64,000 nucleotides of DNA from Camelus dromedarius. Its lineage: Eukaryota. Shown piece after piece: positions 30,313-42,580 of the stretch (its first letter is position 1; the number at the start of each line of letters is the position of its first letter). The stretch is from assembly GCF_036321535.1 (NCBI RefSeq), contig NC_087472.1:92258001-92322000 (forward strand), read 5' to 3'. A model generated the notes under the pieces. The model was not told where the DNA came from. It worked only from the letters and a program-made list of their open reading frames with translations, and did no database searches. Made by a program: the position numbers and the translations under genes.

Positions 30313-32221
30313 CACTTGAAAATATCTCTTAAGCTCTTTCCCCCTTTCTGAACACCTCAGTTTCTCCTGGCACGTGGAGAATAATTCATTATAGGAATGT
30401 GGTCAGTGACAGCAAATTGAAACTAAGGGCTTAAGAAGCCTAATGATTTTCAGAAGTGTCTAGGACAGTGCCGGGCACATCGAAGGCACTCTCAGTAAGT
30501 ATTTGTTAAATGAATGAATGCATGAAATATTAATGGATAAACAGTTTTGATTACATTTCATTTTTGCGTATTTCCTCTAAATAACCCTCTCCTATACTCC
30601 ACCATACTAGTTTTTACCTTCTTTCCTTGTATTCTTATTTGACATAGCACACACTTCTTGACAGTGGATGTGGCAAGCAAATGTCTCTTCCAGGCCTGGC
30701 AAAAATTACAGCACAGCTGTAAAGATTTCCTGGCACTGAACAGCTACCTGTAATCATCTGATTATCTCCTTCCACCCTGCACACAACAGACCTTCTTAGT
30801 GTAGTTGCCGTTCTTGATTCAAAAGCTAAGGGAAAGGGAGGATAAATGTGTAAGCCACATTTGGGGCAGTTGCAAATCACTTTTTCTCTCCCAGTATCAT
30901 CACATAGGCAGTGTTTTCTAAAGTGACTGTAACAGTTCCTGTACTATTAAATCTTACTCCTGCGCTGTTGCGGAAAAGAGGTGACATAGGATTTAGACGC
31001 GTGGCTAATCCTGCACCCCACCCTCATTTTATGACCAAAAAATTCAAGGAAACTTCCAACAGAGTAAAATAAAATGTATACTGAGCTTTAAAGAAGACAG
31101 AGAACTACCAGAGTTTAATGAAATTTTACCCATTTACAAATAGATCTTTCAGAGTTAGATTAATTTTTTGAAATTTAAAAACATACTTTTTTTCCCCTAC
31201 TATATATAAACCAAATCTGGACTATGTCAGCAAATAGCCATGATAATCAGTGATTTTTTTCTACTAATATTTCTCTAAATATTTTTGAATATAATAATGG
31301 CATATGCTTTATTCAGTATTACTTTGAAGGTCAATATTTCCTAATAACAGCTTTGCTTTCCTTGACTTCAAAATAAAAATATAAGTGATAAATAAAATCA
31401 ACTGTGAAGATGATAAATAACCTTAATTATAATGGACATTTATATCATACACTTAATTACTTGGAGAAGACAAAAACTGAATGTATTCCATAAAATTCAC
31501 AGAGGTGCATATCTCTGGACTCTGGAGACTGGTGCAAATTTAAAAATATAATGTTTACCAAAATCACAGTTTCATGTAAAGAGTGACCTCTTTGAACTTA
31601 GCATATTTAGAATGTGGCCCAAACTGCAGACACAAAGAAGACAGAAAAGCGTATCTATCAGGAAAACAATTCCTCACGCAAGAAAGGTTTGCTGGAAATA
31701 GAAATGGAAGCTAGAAATGCTCCCTGAAGAAGATATTGGCAGCCACTTTCCTGAATTTATATGTTCATAGCCCCAGCTGAGTGCTCCAATTTGAAGGTAA
31801 CATGTGAGATCTTGCTTGCTTTTCCATCCCTTTCTAACATATTTTTCAAGTCTTTCTCCTCCTTTTCTCCTGTTATGGCTTGAGGTAGTTTCATTCTACA
31901 TAAACTCAGCATATCACCTCTTAGAGCTTTCACAGAAAAGGCACGCCATTTCACAAAAACAAAACCAAACAAGCCCAGCAAGGGACACTCAACATAATAT
32001 AGGAATAAATATATTAACTATCATTTATTAGAATAGTGAATTAAATATCACTTATTGAGCATTTATAATCTATTCCTTCAGTCAATATACATTTACTGAG
32101 CAAAGGCTATGTGCTTGGCCCAGCTGGGGATAAAGCAGTGAATAAACTAAGTACTTGGTTTTATGGCATGTACAGTCTATGGAGAGGAAATGGGAGAAAG
32201 AATACTGTGCAAAAATCTTTA

Positions 32222-32990
32222 TACAATACTACTTCGCACCCATTAGGATAGCTATTATTTAAAAAAAAAAAAAAAGGAAAACTACAAGTTCTGGCAAGGA
32301 TATGAAGAAACTGGAACCATTGTGCATTGCTGGTGGGAATGTAAAATGGTGCAGCTGCTGTGGAAAACCCATTTGGTAGTTCCTCAAAAAGTTAAACACA
32401 GAATTACCATATAATCCAGCAATTCCACTCCTATGTATATATGTAAAAGAACTGAAAGTAGGTACATAAACAAATACTTGTACACCAATATTCATAATAC
32501 TGTTACTCACAAGAGCCAAAGGCAACAACTCAAATGTCCACCAAAAGATGAAAGGATAAACAAAATGCAGTAAATACATACAATAGAATATTATTTACAC
32601 TTTAAAAGGAATGAAATTTTGATACATGTTACAACATGGACGAAGCTTGAAAACATTATAAGTGAGACACAAAAGGATAAATATTGTCTGACTCCGTTTA
32701 TATAATGTACCTATAATAAGCAAGTTCATAGAGATAAAAGTAGAAGTTACCCTTGGCTGGGGGAGAGGAAGGAATGGGGAGTTATTGTTTAATGGGTAGA
32801 GTTTCTGTTTGGGATGATGAAAAATTTCTGGAAAATAGGTAGTAGTGAGCAACACTGTGAATGTAATTAATGCCACTAAATTGTACAATTAAATTTTATG
32901 CTATGTCTTTTACAACAATAAAAAAATTAAATTTTACACTTTACATGGTTGACTCTCATGGTATGTGAATTATATCTCAATAAAGCTATT
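32222..32990 (+). mobile_element. L1MB-like 3' fragment
   Basis: gcattgctggtgggaatgtaaaatggtgcagctgctgtggaaa..gaattaccatataatccagcaattccactcct..ggagttattgtttaatggg. Confidence 0.85.
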
Positions 32991-33609
32991 CATAAATCCT
33001 TGTATGCATTATCTCATTTAATCTACCTCTATGTAAGCTCATTTTACCCTCTCACTTTAAATACCAACTCTACATTTTGTCTCCTGTGTTTGTATATCCA
33101 GCTGTGACCTCTCTCTGAACTCTAGATTTATATATCTAGTTGCTTATTTATCATACTTATTTGAAATAGAAAAAGTTACTTCCCACAAATAAATCTTTAT
33201 TTTTACCCTTAAATCCACTCTTGCCTAGTCTCCCTTATCTCACTGATAGCCACACCATTCACCTAGTTGCTCAAGCAAAACAGGTAGAAATTCTTTGAAA
33301 CATTAGTCTTACCCCAATGGAACCAGCATGATGCCATTGGGGGGATGACAAAAACTCAATAATTAAGGTAAATAAGATTTCAATGCAATATTTAATAAAA
33401 TCAAATTAATACAAAAAAATCCATGGAAACAATAAAGGCTTATAATCTTTTAGTGTACCACTCTGTTTTACATTTATCATATCAATTACCACTAATTGAT
33501 ACTTTCTTGATTTTATTTCTTTATATAGGTATATATTTTATCTTCCATATGGTGTAAGTACCATGAAAGAAGGAGTCTTATCTGTCTTGTTTAACTTTAT
33601 TCCCAAAAT

Positions 33610-33900
33610 ATGTCCTCCATGTCCCAGGCCCTCCTGCCAACTGACTTTAAGGTGGGTTTTTCCAAGAGAGGACCTGTTGTTTCAGCTTCTGGATCTGGTA
33701 ACATCACTTCCTTCATCTCTTTTCCCTCCAGACCTAGGAGTGGTTTTGGCTTACTGCTGTTGCTAACCCCTGGATTGCCTATGTCCTGCCATTTCAGGTC
33801 TTCTAACAAATTTATAGCCCATTCCCCATATTAAATTACCCCTACTTAACTGATTGTAATGAATTTGCTTTAGCTGACTAGCTCCTGGCCAATAAAATAG
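33610..33900 (+). mobile_element. LTR33-like ERVL LTR fragment
   Basis: ccctccagacctaggagtggt..gcttactgctgttgctaacccctggattgcct motif. Confidence 0.5.
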
Positions 33901-36900
33901 TTTAGGAAGCAAATATCTGAGTGTTTAATCTACATTGTACATAAATCCGTCAAAGTCTCCCAGGTGGTTAAAAAAGAGGTAAACAAATTGTATTCCTACA
34001 TTGGCAAATATTATATATAATACTCTTTAAACATGGCACACTTATTAAGGTGCTTTTGCATTTTCCTATCTATGATGAAAGCCTTTCGTTCGTATATCTA
34101 AAGCAAAAAAGGGAGAAAAGAATTGAACTGTGAGTTAATTTAACTTAAAGGCAGAATTGGACTGTCTTGAGAAGAGACTTTTTTATTCTATAAGATTTAT
34201 GTACATTTCACAATTGGTTTCTTTTCAGTACTTTTTAAGGCAATTTTAGTATCAGTTCCAGTCAAAAATAATTTTTAGGTTTTTCTGACTAGAAAGAAGA
34301 GTCATTAATCTGAATCATCCACAATTCAGTAAAAGAACAAATGGTTTAAATACCAGAAATCTAATAACATTACTTGGTAAAAATAGACCATTTTCTTTTT
34401 TTCTGAAAATGGTCTAATGAATTGTATTTCTCTACAAGTATAAACACTGTTAGAATGTGACAATTATACTACAGATTTTTGTCAACAAAGCATGGAGGAA
34501 TAAAATACCTTAACTTTGCTGTCAGAACAAAATGCCATAGAGTGATGTTAGACATATGATTCAAAGTATTAAAAACAAAACATGAGTGAGTCTAATCTTT
34601 ATCAAAATGTGACAAAGAATACAAGAAAAAGAGGATGTTTCCAAGAGCAGACGAATCCACTAACAAGCTGTGTGACCATAGAGAGTAACCTGTCTTCCCT
34701 GAACTTCAGTTACCTGATCATAAAATTGTAAGGATACGAACCTCATAGAGTTGTTGTCAGAAGTAAGAAACATCATGATATAAACATACTTTGTAATGAC
34801 AAAATGTCACAGAATATGTTTCGCTTCTATTACTGTTATCTGCAGTGATGGTTTAACCCCTTAGACTGTCAACCTCACTGCCTTTCTGGAATCTTCTCAC
34901 TTTTGCCTGATGTTGTTCCATATACTCTTCATTATTCATAATATTTCACCACTGGCTAACTATGAAATTTATATCAAGGTCACCACTTTTTAAAAGCTTA
35001 ATCGCTTTTCCAGCAGCACCTCATAAAAGAGATAAATCACATAGCTCTTTATATTAATCTCCTTATCCTACTGCAAATATAGCCTTCTTCTAATTCTGTT
35101 CTCCAGATTCAACTTTTCATTTTTACAGAAAAGCTCAATAGGAATAGAACATCCTTTCTGGGAGTAAACTCCTATACATTTGAAATTCAGTTAAACTTGT
35201 CTCGTATTATTGCCAGAAAGAGCTGCAGTTGATGTGAAGGCATCCCTCCATGCAGTAGGAGGGAGAAAAATAAATAAATAAAACACCATGAATGATGGCT
35301 TGTTATTAGCTCTGTCCTCTTTTCTCAGTTTTAGATGGATGAATCATCAAGGGGATTCCAGAACTGGATAGTTAAATATTTGAAGATGTCAACAAAGAAC
35401 AGACATTTTGAAATTCAGGATTTTCAGAAGCATGGATCATGTGAAAAACACTTATCCCTAGCCAGAGGGGAGGTGGAATAATTACACGAGAGATGTTGTA
35501 ACGGTCAGCTGTCAAAATACTTTCCTGTCAATTCTATAAGATTATTTCTCATGTTCTCACAGGAAACAACTGTTACAAAGAATTGAAAATGGCTCTATTG
35601 CATGCATGATTTCCAGTTACAAAATCTGTTTCTTCCTTAAAAGTCCATTATGATAATAACAAGTGAAAAAAAGGAGAGAGAACTCTTACGGAATGGAGGA
35701 ACTCAACCATATTATATTCAGTCTTATTGGGATACAGGGTTTTCCCAAATTATTCTTTATACACATGAAAAATATCATAATGATTAACCAGACATCTTTT
35801 CCTTGAGTATTTTCTCAAAGCTACAATTTATGCATCAGCATTGTAATCATTTCCACTCTCAAAACCTTTCTGTTTACTAGTCTATTAAATACAATTGTAA
35901 TTGACCACTTTGGTGGCTAATTTGCAAAAGCTATTACACTGCTTCTGGCTTCTGGTTTTCTTTACTAATATGGATTTATTTGGAATCCAAATTGTACAAA
36001 GCATCACTGCACAGTTTGACTTTGCAGTTACTGATGTTTTTATTTACCACTTATTATGTCTATAATATATAAAACGCAAAACATAAATAAGTCATTAATT
36101 TGAATTGTGGCTTTGGGTATGTTAGTTTCTCATTTGTCGAATAAAGTTCACATGATGGCTTACATCCTTTCCCAAAATTCCAAAATAACATTATTGTTAA
36201 TATAATTATGCAAGTTATATTTGCCTAATCCATGAGTGCATTATTGAGAGATTTTACACAGAGGTATTCTTTGTTCATGTGCAGGGGTGTGTCCTTTGTG
36301 TCTACCTATGACTTAACTCTTTCCTTTCACTAATAAAAATATTTCAGTGGTAGTGTAAACTACTCTCCTCACTTTCTCAACAGAGACTCATCCTTTTCTC
36401 TACTATGGTCTCAGTTTCCTCATCAGTATATCTAAGAAAATGTTGTTACACGGGTTATCAATAACCTGGCTTTCAATCATCATCTGGTTTGAGCACAATA
36501 TGACATTTAATTTCATTTATGTCCATTCACTTTGAGTTTTTATTAAAGGGTATTTCCCTGGTTTTCCTTTTGTGCCTTGATTGATTCTCTCATGTCCCCT
36601 TAAATGCCAGGATTTCCCAAGGTTTTTGTCCTTGCTATTCATTTCCTCTTAAGTGCTTTTATGTTCCCAAGTGATATTCAGAATGAAATATTGCTGCCTG
36701 GACTGATGGATCACAGTTGTGTGCTGGTGGTGTACACAGTAACAGAGCAAATGTTGAACTTTAAAAAAAAAAAGTTGAAACATAAATAAATTAGTGAGTA
36801 TATGCCAGTGGTGGAAAATTCCCATTTATGAGCTCCAGCCATCCTGAAGCCAATCCTGGGGGCAAATCTTATTACCGGGTTCTTTGTTATCCATAGAAAT

Positions 36901-37459
36901 TGGACCAATTAACACCTCAACAACTATGTTTGAGACTGCTTGTTTCCTCACACCTTCAACTAACCTAGTAAGCTACAAAGTGCTTTCATCTATGACAATC
37001 TAATAGGTAAAACTACAGTATTTTATTTTAGTCTTAAATTGCAATTCTGTTATTTGTGATGTTGACTATTTTTCATATACTTAAATAGTACTTGTATTCC
37101 TTATTTTGTAGACTGTCATCTTGATTTTTTTTCCTCTTGAGTTAATGATCTGATTTTCATTAATTTGTAGGAGGCCTTTGAGGCCAAACTCTAAGATGGG
37201 AAATACTAAGAAATAATTTGAGACCAGGTAGATAAGAGCACTGCTTGCTGGGAAATCAAAAGAAAGGACCATACAAAGAGCACAGGACCAGAGGTGGTCA
37301 TCCCTTCTCAGTAAGAGTGAAATAACTTTGAGAGGAAACATGTCCTTTGAAGACTTAGTGGTGAAGGGAAAAAAAGGAACTGAATGAAGATAAGGGGCTC
37401 TAATGAAAGAAGATTGTGACATAGAATCAGAAGAAATCAGACTTTCTGAAAAAAAAATG

Positions 37460-38700
37460 ACTTAAACATAAGACAGGATACAGTGGACCTCCTGGAAGAG
37501 AATATGTGCGGAACGTTGTCTGACATACATCTCGGGGGTGTTCTCCTGGGGCAGTCTGCCCAGGCAACAGAAATGGGGGCAGGAATGGACGAATGGAACC
37601 TAACTGGGCTTGCGGACTTCTGCACAGCGAAGGAAAGCATGAGTAGGACAAGGGGACAACCTACAGAATGGGAGAAAATTTCTGCAAATGAGACCAACAA
37701 GGGCTTGATCTCCAGAGTGTATGGGTAGCTCATACGACTTAATAAGAAAAAAACAAACAACCCAATCCAACAGTGGGCAAAAGACCTAAGAAGGCAGTTC
37801 TCCAGAGAGGAAATGCAGGTGATCAATGGGCACATGAAAGAATGCTCTGTGTCACTAATTGTCAGAGGAATGCAGGTCAGAGCTGTGGTGAGGTGTCGCC
37901 TCGCACCGGTCGGGGTGGTCATCATTCAGAAGTCTACGGATGACAGGTGCTGGAAAGGCTATAGAGAGGGGGGAACCCTCCTACGCTGCTGGTGAGAGTG
38001 TGGTTTGGTGCAGCTGCTGTGGAGAACAGTATGGAGATTCCTCGGGGGACTGGGAATAGACTTACCATATGACCCAGGAATCCAACTCCTGGGCATATAT
38101 CCAGAAAGAGCCCTACTTCAAAATGACACCTGCACCCTAATGTTCATATCAGCACTATTTACAATAGCCAAGACATGGAAGCAGCCTAAATGTCCATCAA
38201 CAGATGACTGGATAAAGAAGAGGTGGTATATTTATACAATGGAATAGTCTTCAGCCATAAAAACTGACAACATAACGCCATTTGCAGCAACATGGATGTT
38301 CCTGGAGAATGTCATTCTAAGTGAAGTAAGCCAGAAAGAGAAAGAAAAATACCATATGAGATCACTTATATGTGGAATCTAAAACAAAACCAAACAAAAC
38401 ATATATACAAAACAGAAACAGACTCATAGACATGGAATACAAACTTGTGGTTGCCAAGGGGGCCGGGGGTGGGAAGGCACAGACTGGGATTTTAAAATGT
38501 AGAATAGATAAATAAGATTATACTGTATAGCACAGAGAAATATACACAAGATCTTATGGTAGCTCACAGCGAAAAAAAATTTGACAATGAATATGCATAG
38601 GTTCATGCATAACTGAAAAATTGTGCTCTACATTGGAATTTGACACAACATTGTAAAATGACTATAACTCAATAAAAAATGTTTCAAAAAATAAAATAAA
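37460..38700 (+). mobile_element. 5'-truncated young camelid-type L1 with A-to-G hypermutated 5' half
   Basis: Colinear with the copy at 10884-11835 (offset 26881). Dense A>G changes up to 38052, ordinary divergence afterwards. Probable short TSD aaaa(a/t)aaaatg at 37449-37459 and 38693-38703. Confidence 0.94.
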
Positions 38701-39139
38701 ATGTACAATTTGTTACATAATATCACCACAACCACAACTAAAAATGGCATCATAATGGCAGCAAAATAAGGTGATCTTGAAATATGAAATCAATTAAGCC
38801 ATGCAATCCCCCTACCCTAGCCCCTTCAAAGTGTCTTCTATTATTGGTTCAGGAGCGGAAAAGCCCAAAAAATGAAAATTCAGTGGATAAAACCACTGCA
38901 AAACACTTCTGCACACATACATGTCCACACTTGCACAAAGCAGAAGGAAATTTTAACTTGACACTCCAACAGGAATTTTATACTTAAATAATCAATTGCA
39001 GAATTGGAAGAAAACTATGAATCATAAACTCTTTTTAAAACTTCAAAGACAGAAGAACAAACAACATGAAGATATGAAAAGAGAGCTAGTCAAACTCAGG
39101 AGAGACAGGAAATGAACAAGAATTAAACTACAAAGTGCC

Positions 39140-39721
39140 TATGGTAGGCAGAATTTCTAAAATGGCCAGTGAAGGATGGTCCACTCTAATTCTCAGAACA
39201 TGTAGAAACGGTGAGTTAGCATTCTTGTTATTATGGGACGTTTTGTGGCACCATGACTTAGTCATCCTGGATTATCCACATATGCCCATAAAGGCATAGA
39301 GCTTTCTCCAGCTGGTGGCAGAAGAGGAAGTCAGAGACATGTGGAGCATAAAAAGGATTCAACATGTCATCACTGGCTTAAGGATGGAGGAAGACACTTG
39401 CCAAAGAATGTGAGCAGCTTTTAGGAGCTTAGAGTGACCCCTGACTGACAACCAGCCAAAAAAAAAAAAAAAGTGAGGGGGAACCTTAGTCTTATAACAA
39501 GAATCTGAATTTGGCCAACTACTGGAATGAGCTTGCAAGTGGATTCTTTCCCAGATCCTCCAGTTAAGAGCCCATCCCAGACAAACTTGACTTTGGACTT
39601 ATGAGACCAAACTGAGCATGCTTTGTATTTTGACTTGCAGAACTATGAGGGAAAAAACAGGTGTTATTTTAAACCACTAAGTTTATGGCAATTTGTTATG
39701 GCAACAATACAAAACTCATAG
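39140..39721 (+). mobile_element. MaLR LTR (MLT1E-like)
   Basis: t.tggtaggcagaatttctaa.atggcc start; gctttctccagctggtggcagaagaggaagtcagag core; ccactaagtttatggcaatttgttatggcaacaata.aaaact.ata end. Confidence 0.85.
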
Positions 39722-42103
39722 AGTTCCCAAGGGAGAAGAGGTATAAACATAATTAGCACAGGGTCATAAAGGATAGAACAGGAAAGAGACAATAAAATAA
39801 AATAATATAAAAAGCTTTAGAAAGAACATGACAGAAAAGGCAGAAGAGATTATCCAACATACTTATAACAGAAATCCATAAAGGGGAAAAAAAGCATATC
39901 AAAGGAAGAGAAGAAATATTTTAAGACAATAATTCAAAAAAACTTTGCTGAAATAAAAGCTCTGAATTTACATATTATAAAGACCCATGATGTACCCAGG
40001 AACACCGACAAAGTATGGTCAATTCCACGAAATAGCTTAGTAAAACGATTACACTTTAAAAATGAAGAAAATGTCCTCTGAACCTTCAGAGAAAAAGGCC
40101 AAGTTGCTTACATAAAGAAAACACAAAGCACAACAAAAGCAGAGCACCAAATTCAAGAATCTAAAGGAAAGGACAGTATGAGCCAAGAAGAAACAGTATC
40201 TCAGAAAATACTATACATACAAATAAGAGAATGAGAATTTTACAGAAAAGGTGAAGAAAGATTTGCAGAAATTTTGGTAGTAAGCATACTTAATTGAAAA
40301 CCTGGAACTAAAATAATGGCAGTATTAAGGTTGGAGGAATGATGCATTAATGGTGTTTGTTCTGCTAAAGTAGAAATAACATGACTAAAAAGTGCAAAGA
40401 GAAGGAAGAAAGGAACACAGAGTAAAATGATTCATTAGCACATAGGTGGGAATTAAAATATTCTTTAGAGTTGACATTATAGTACAAACCTAAGAAAAAA
40501 GAGGACTGAATAATTACATAAAGGTATTAGTATAAAGATAACTTATGAAAACCAAAAAAAAAAAAAAGACAAAATACCAAATAGAATGGCAGAGCTGTAG
40601 GATCTCTTTTTATTAAGGACATTAGAACTTTTTGAAGTATACTGCCAATATTTTCCCCCAGTTTGTTATTTACCATTTAATTTTATTTTGTTTACCATGC
40701 AGGTTGTTTTTTATTCTTTTGTAGTAACTGTATCAATCTTCCATTTTATACTTTCTGGATTTTGTTTCTTTTAGAAAGACCTCCTCCACTCTGCAATTAT
40801 ATAGATTTTTAAAATTCTCCAATATTTTCTTCTAGTAGTTTTACAGTGTCATCATTGATTCATTTACTTTTACAGAATTGGTAAGAAAGACAAAGGTATA
40901 TATTTTTTCAAACAGATTCATTTTTTTGCCAATATCACTAAGTGAAAACAAACTTTTCTCTGCTGACATGTGATGCCACTCTTATTGTATAACTTCTGTG
41001 TTTGGGGAATTGTCTCTTAGATCAACTGTTCAATGCACCAGGAAGATACTGTTTAATATTATATAGGTAAGGCAGTCTCTTAACATTACTTATTAGTTAC
41101 AATAACTTCTTCACTGTCCTTGGTGCTTATTTTTCTGTAAACTTTAGAACTATATTGACTGATTCTAATGGGCAGCAGCTTCATGAATGATTTGTTTTGC
41201 TTCTAAGTAATTTATGCAATACATTTGTGAAAAAAAACTCCAAAATATACATGTTATCTTGAGATGATATCCTGTTGGGCACCTGCCACTAAGTTTCCTA
41301 TCAATGTTTCCAAATACTCTTTGGCTTTTAGGGGTAGCTTGGTAGGAAAATGGAAAGAGGTCAGGCTTTGGAGTCAGAAACATATTTATACATTGCTTCA
41401 ACTGTTTACCATTCTGTAACCTTGTTACTGTTAGCCTGTTACTTAAGTTGGTTGAATATCAGTTTCTTCATTTGAAAAGTGAGAATAAAAATGTCTGTGT
41501 TGCAAATTTCCTGGAATATTAGATAAACCGTATTTTGAATAATTCTGAAATATGCCTGACTCTTAGTGGGAACTCTCTGGAAATAACTTCAAATATATGT
41601 TGACAACTTCATCTATAGCTTCAATCTAGAGTTCTCTCCTAACTTCAGAATTGCCATGGCTTGATTCCATTTATTTATCTGGTAAATTTCTATTCATCCT
41701 CTAAGAAAGCTCAACTATCACCTCCTTTGGTAATAGTTTTTCTCATGTCTCCATGTTTAGCACTTCCTCTCCTTTATCGATCTGTCCAAAAGTCTATGAT
41801 TTGTGGTGTATTCTATTTATCTGATTACTTATTTGCCTCCCCAAGGAAACTGTGAACTCCTCCACAGCAAGTCACTGGTCACTGGTTCTACTGTCTCAAT
41901 TCTAACATATTAGTCCCTTATAATCATCCTGACAAGTATCTGTTGATTGAACATAATTTTTATGAGGAGGGGAGCACCTAGAACATTTCTATTTTGTATT
42001 TTTCTATTATTTGTTCTTCATTTTACAAAAGCAAAAGGATAAAAAAGATAGTATTGTATCAGCCTCTTAAAAAATAATCTTTGTCATTATTTTGTAAAAC
42101 TGC

Positions 42104-42380
42104 ATGGATGTCCGGCCCAACTCACCAATAGGAAGCACAGGCAGGAGAACAAAAAGCGCAGACCGCTTGACGGCGCGGGGCCCCGCCCCGCCCCGCCCCG
42201 CCCCGGGGCGGAAGAGTCAGGCGCCCCGCCCCGCCCCGCCCCGGGGCGGAAGAGTCAGGCCGAGGGTGCACGCAGGCGCACAGAAGGCTCTGTGACGGGC
42301 CACATTGACTTCCGGCCTAGCCAGGGGCAACGGCGAGGCTGGGCCTAGCACAGAGGCCGCAGCCCTTACAGACACAGGTA
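42104..42380 (+). promoter_or_regulatory. Small CpG-rich promoter of the SUPT20H-like retrogene
   Basis: Abrupt GC/CpG-rich patch in AT-rich DNA. It contains CCAAT (42125-42129), arrays of CCCCGCCCC GC boxes (42181-42242), two GGCGGAAG ETS-like cores, NRF1-like CGCAGGCGCA (42271-42280) and ETS/GABP ACTTCCGG (42308-42315). Confidence 0.75.
42185..42260. repeat. Perfect 2 x 38-bp tandem duplication in the promoter
   Basis: gccccgccccgccccgccccggggcggaagagtcaggc at 42185-42222 and 42223-42260. Confidence 0.95.
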
Positions 42381-42580
42381 TTTTCACAAACTCACAAGAT
42401 TTTTGTGTACTGCTTCACTGGAGGCGGGGTTTCTTGGTGCCCATATTGAAGTTAGGCTTGTGGCTCCCCTGTGGAGTCAGGGCGTTTTGCGAACTATACT
42501 TTGATGTTAAAGACACGACTTTCATCCCACTTCATCAATTAAAGTTTTCTCTTCTTTTACGGTCCGTATTTTACACCATA

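Noticed and set aside
37437..37995. Long ORFs on both strands in the hypermutated L1
   Set aside because: These are L1 ORF2 remnants and antisense frames, probably lengthened because the base changes removed stop codons; not genes.
37460..38052. APOBEC3 editing (G>A in the sister copies) as the explanation of the asymmetry
   Set aside because: Two independent copies share the A state where they overlap, and that state encodes canonical ORF2 motifs ([17 protein letters not shown]), so G is the derived state.
42305..42580. The 862-aa ORF start given in the ORF track
   Set aside because: It begins at TTG. Homology to SUPT20H begins at the ATG at 42581, so the extension is treated as 5' UTR.
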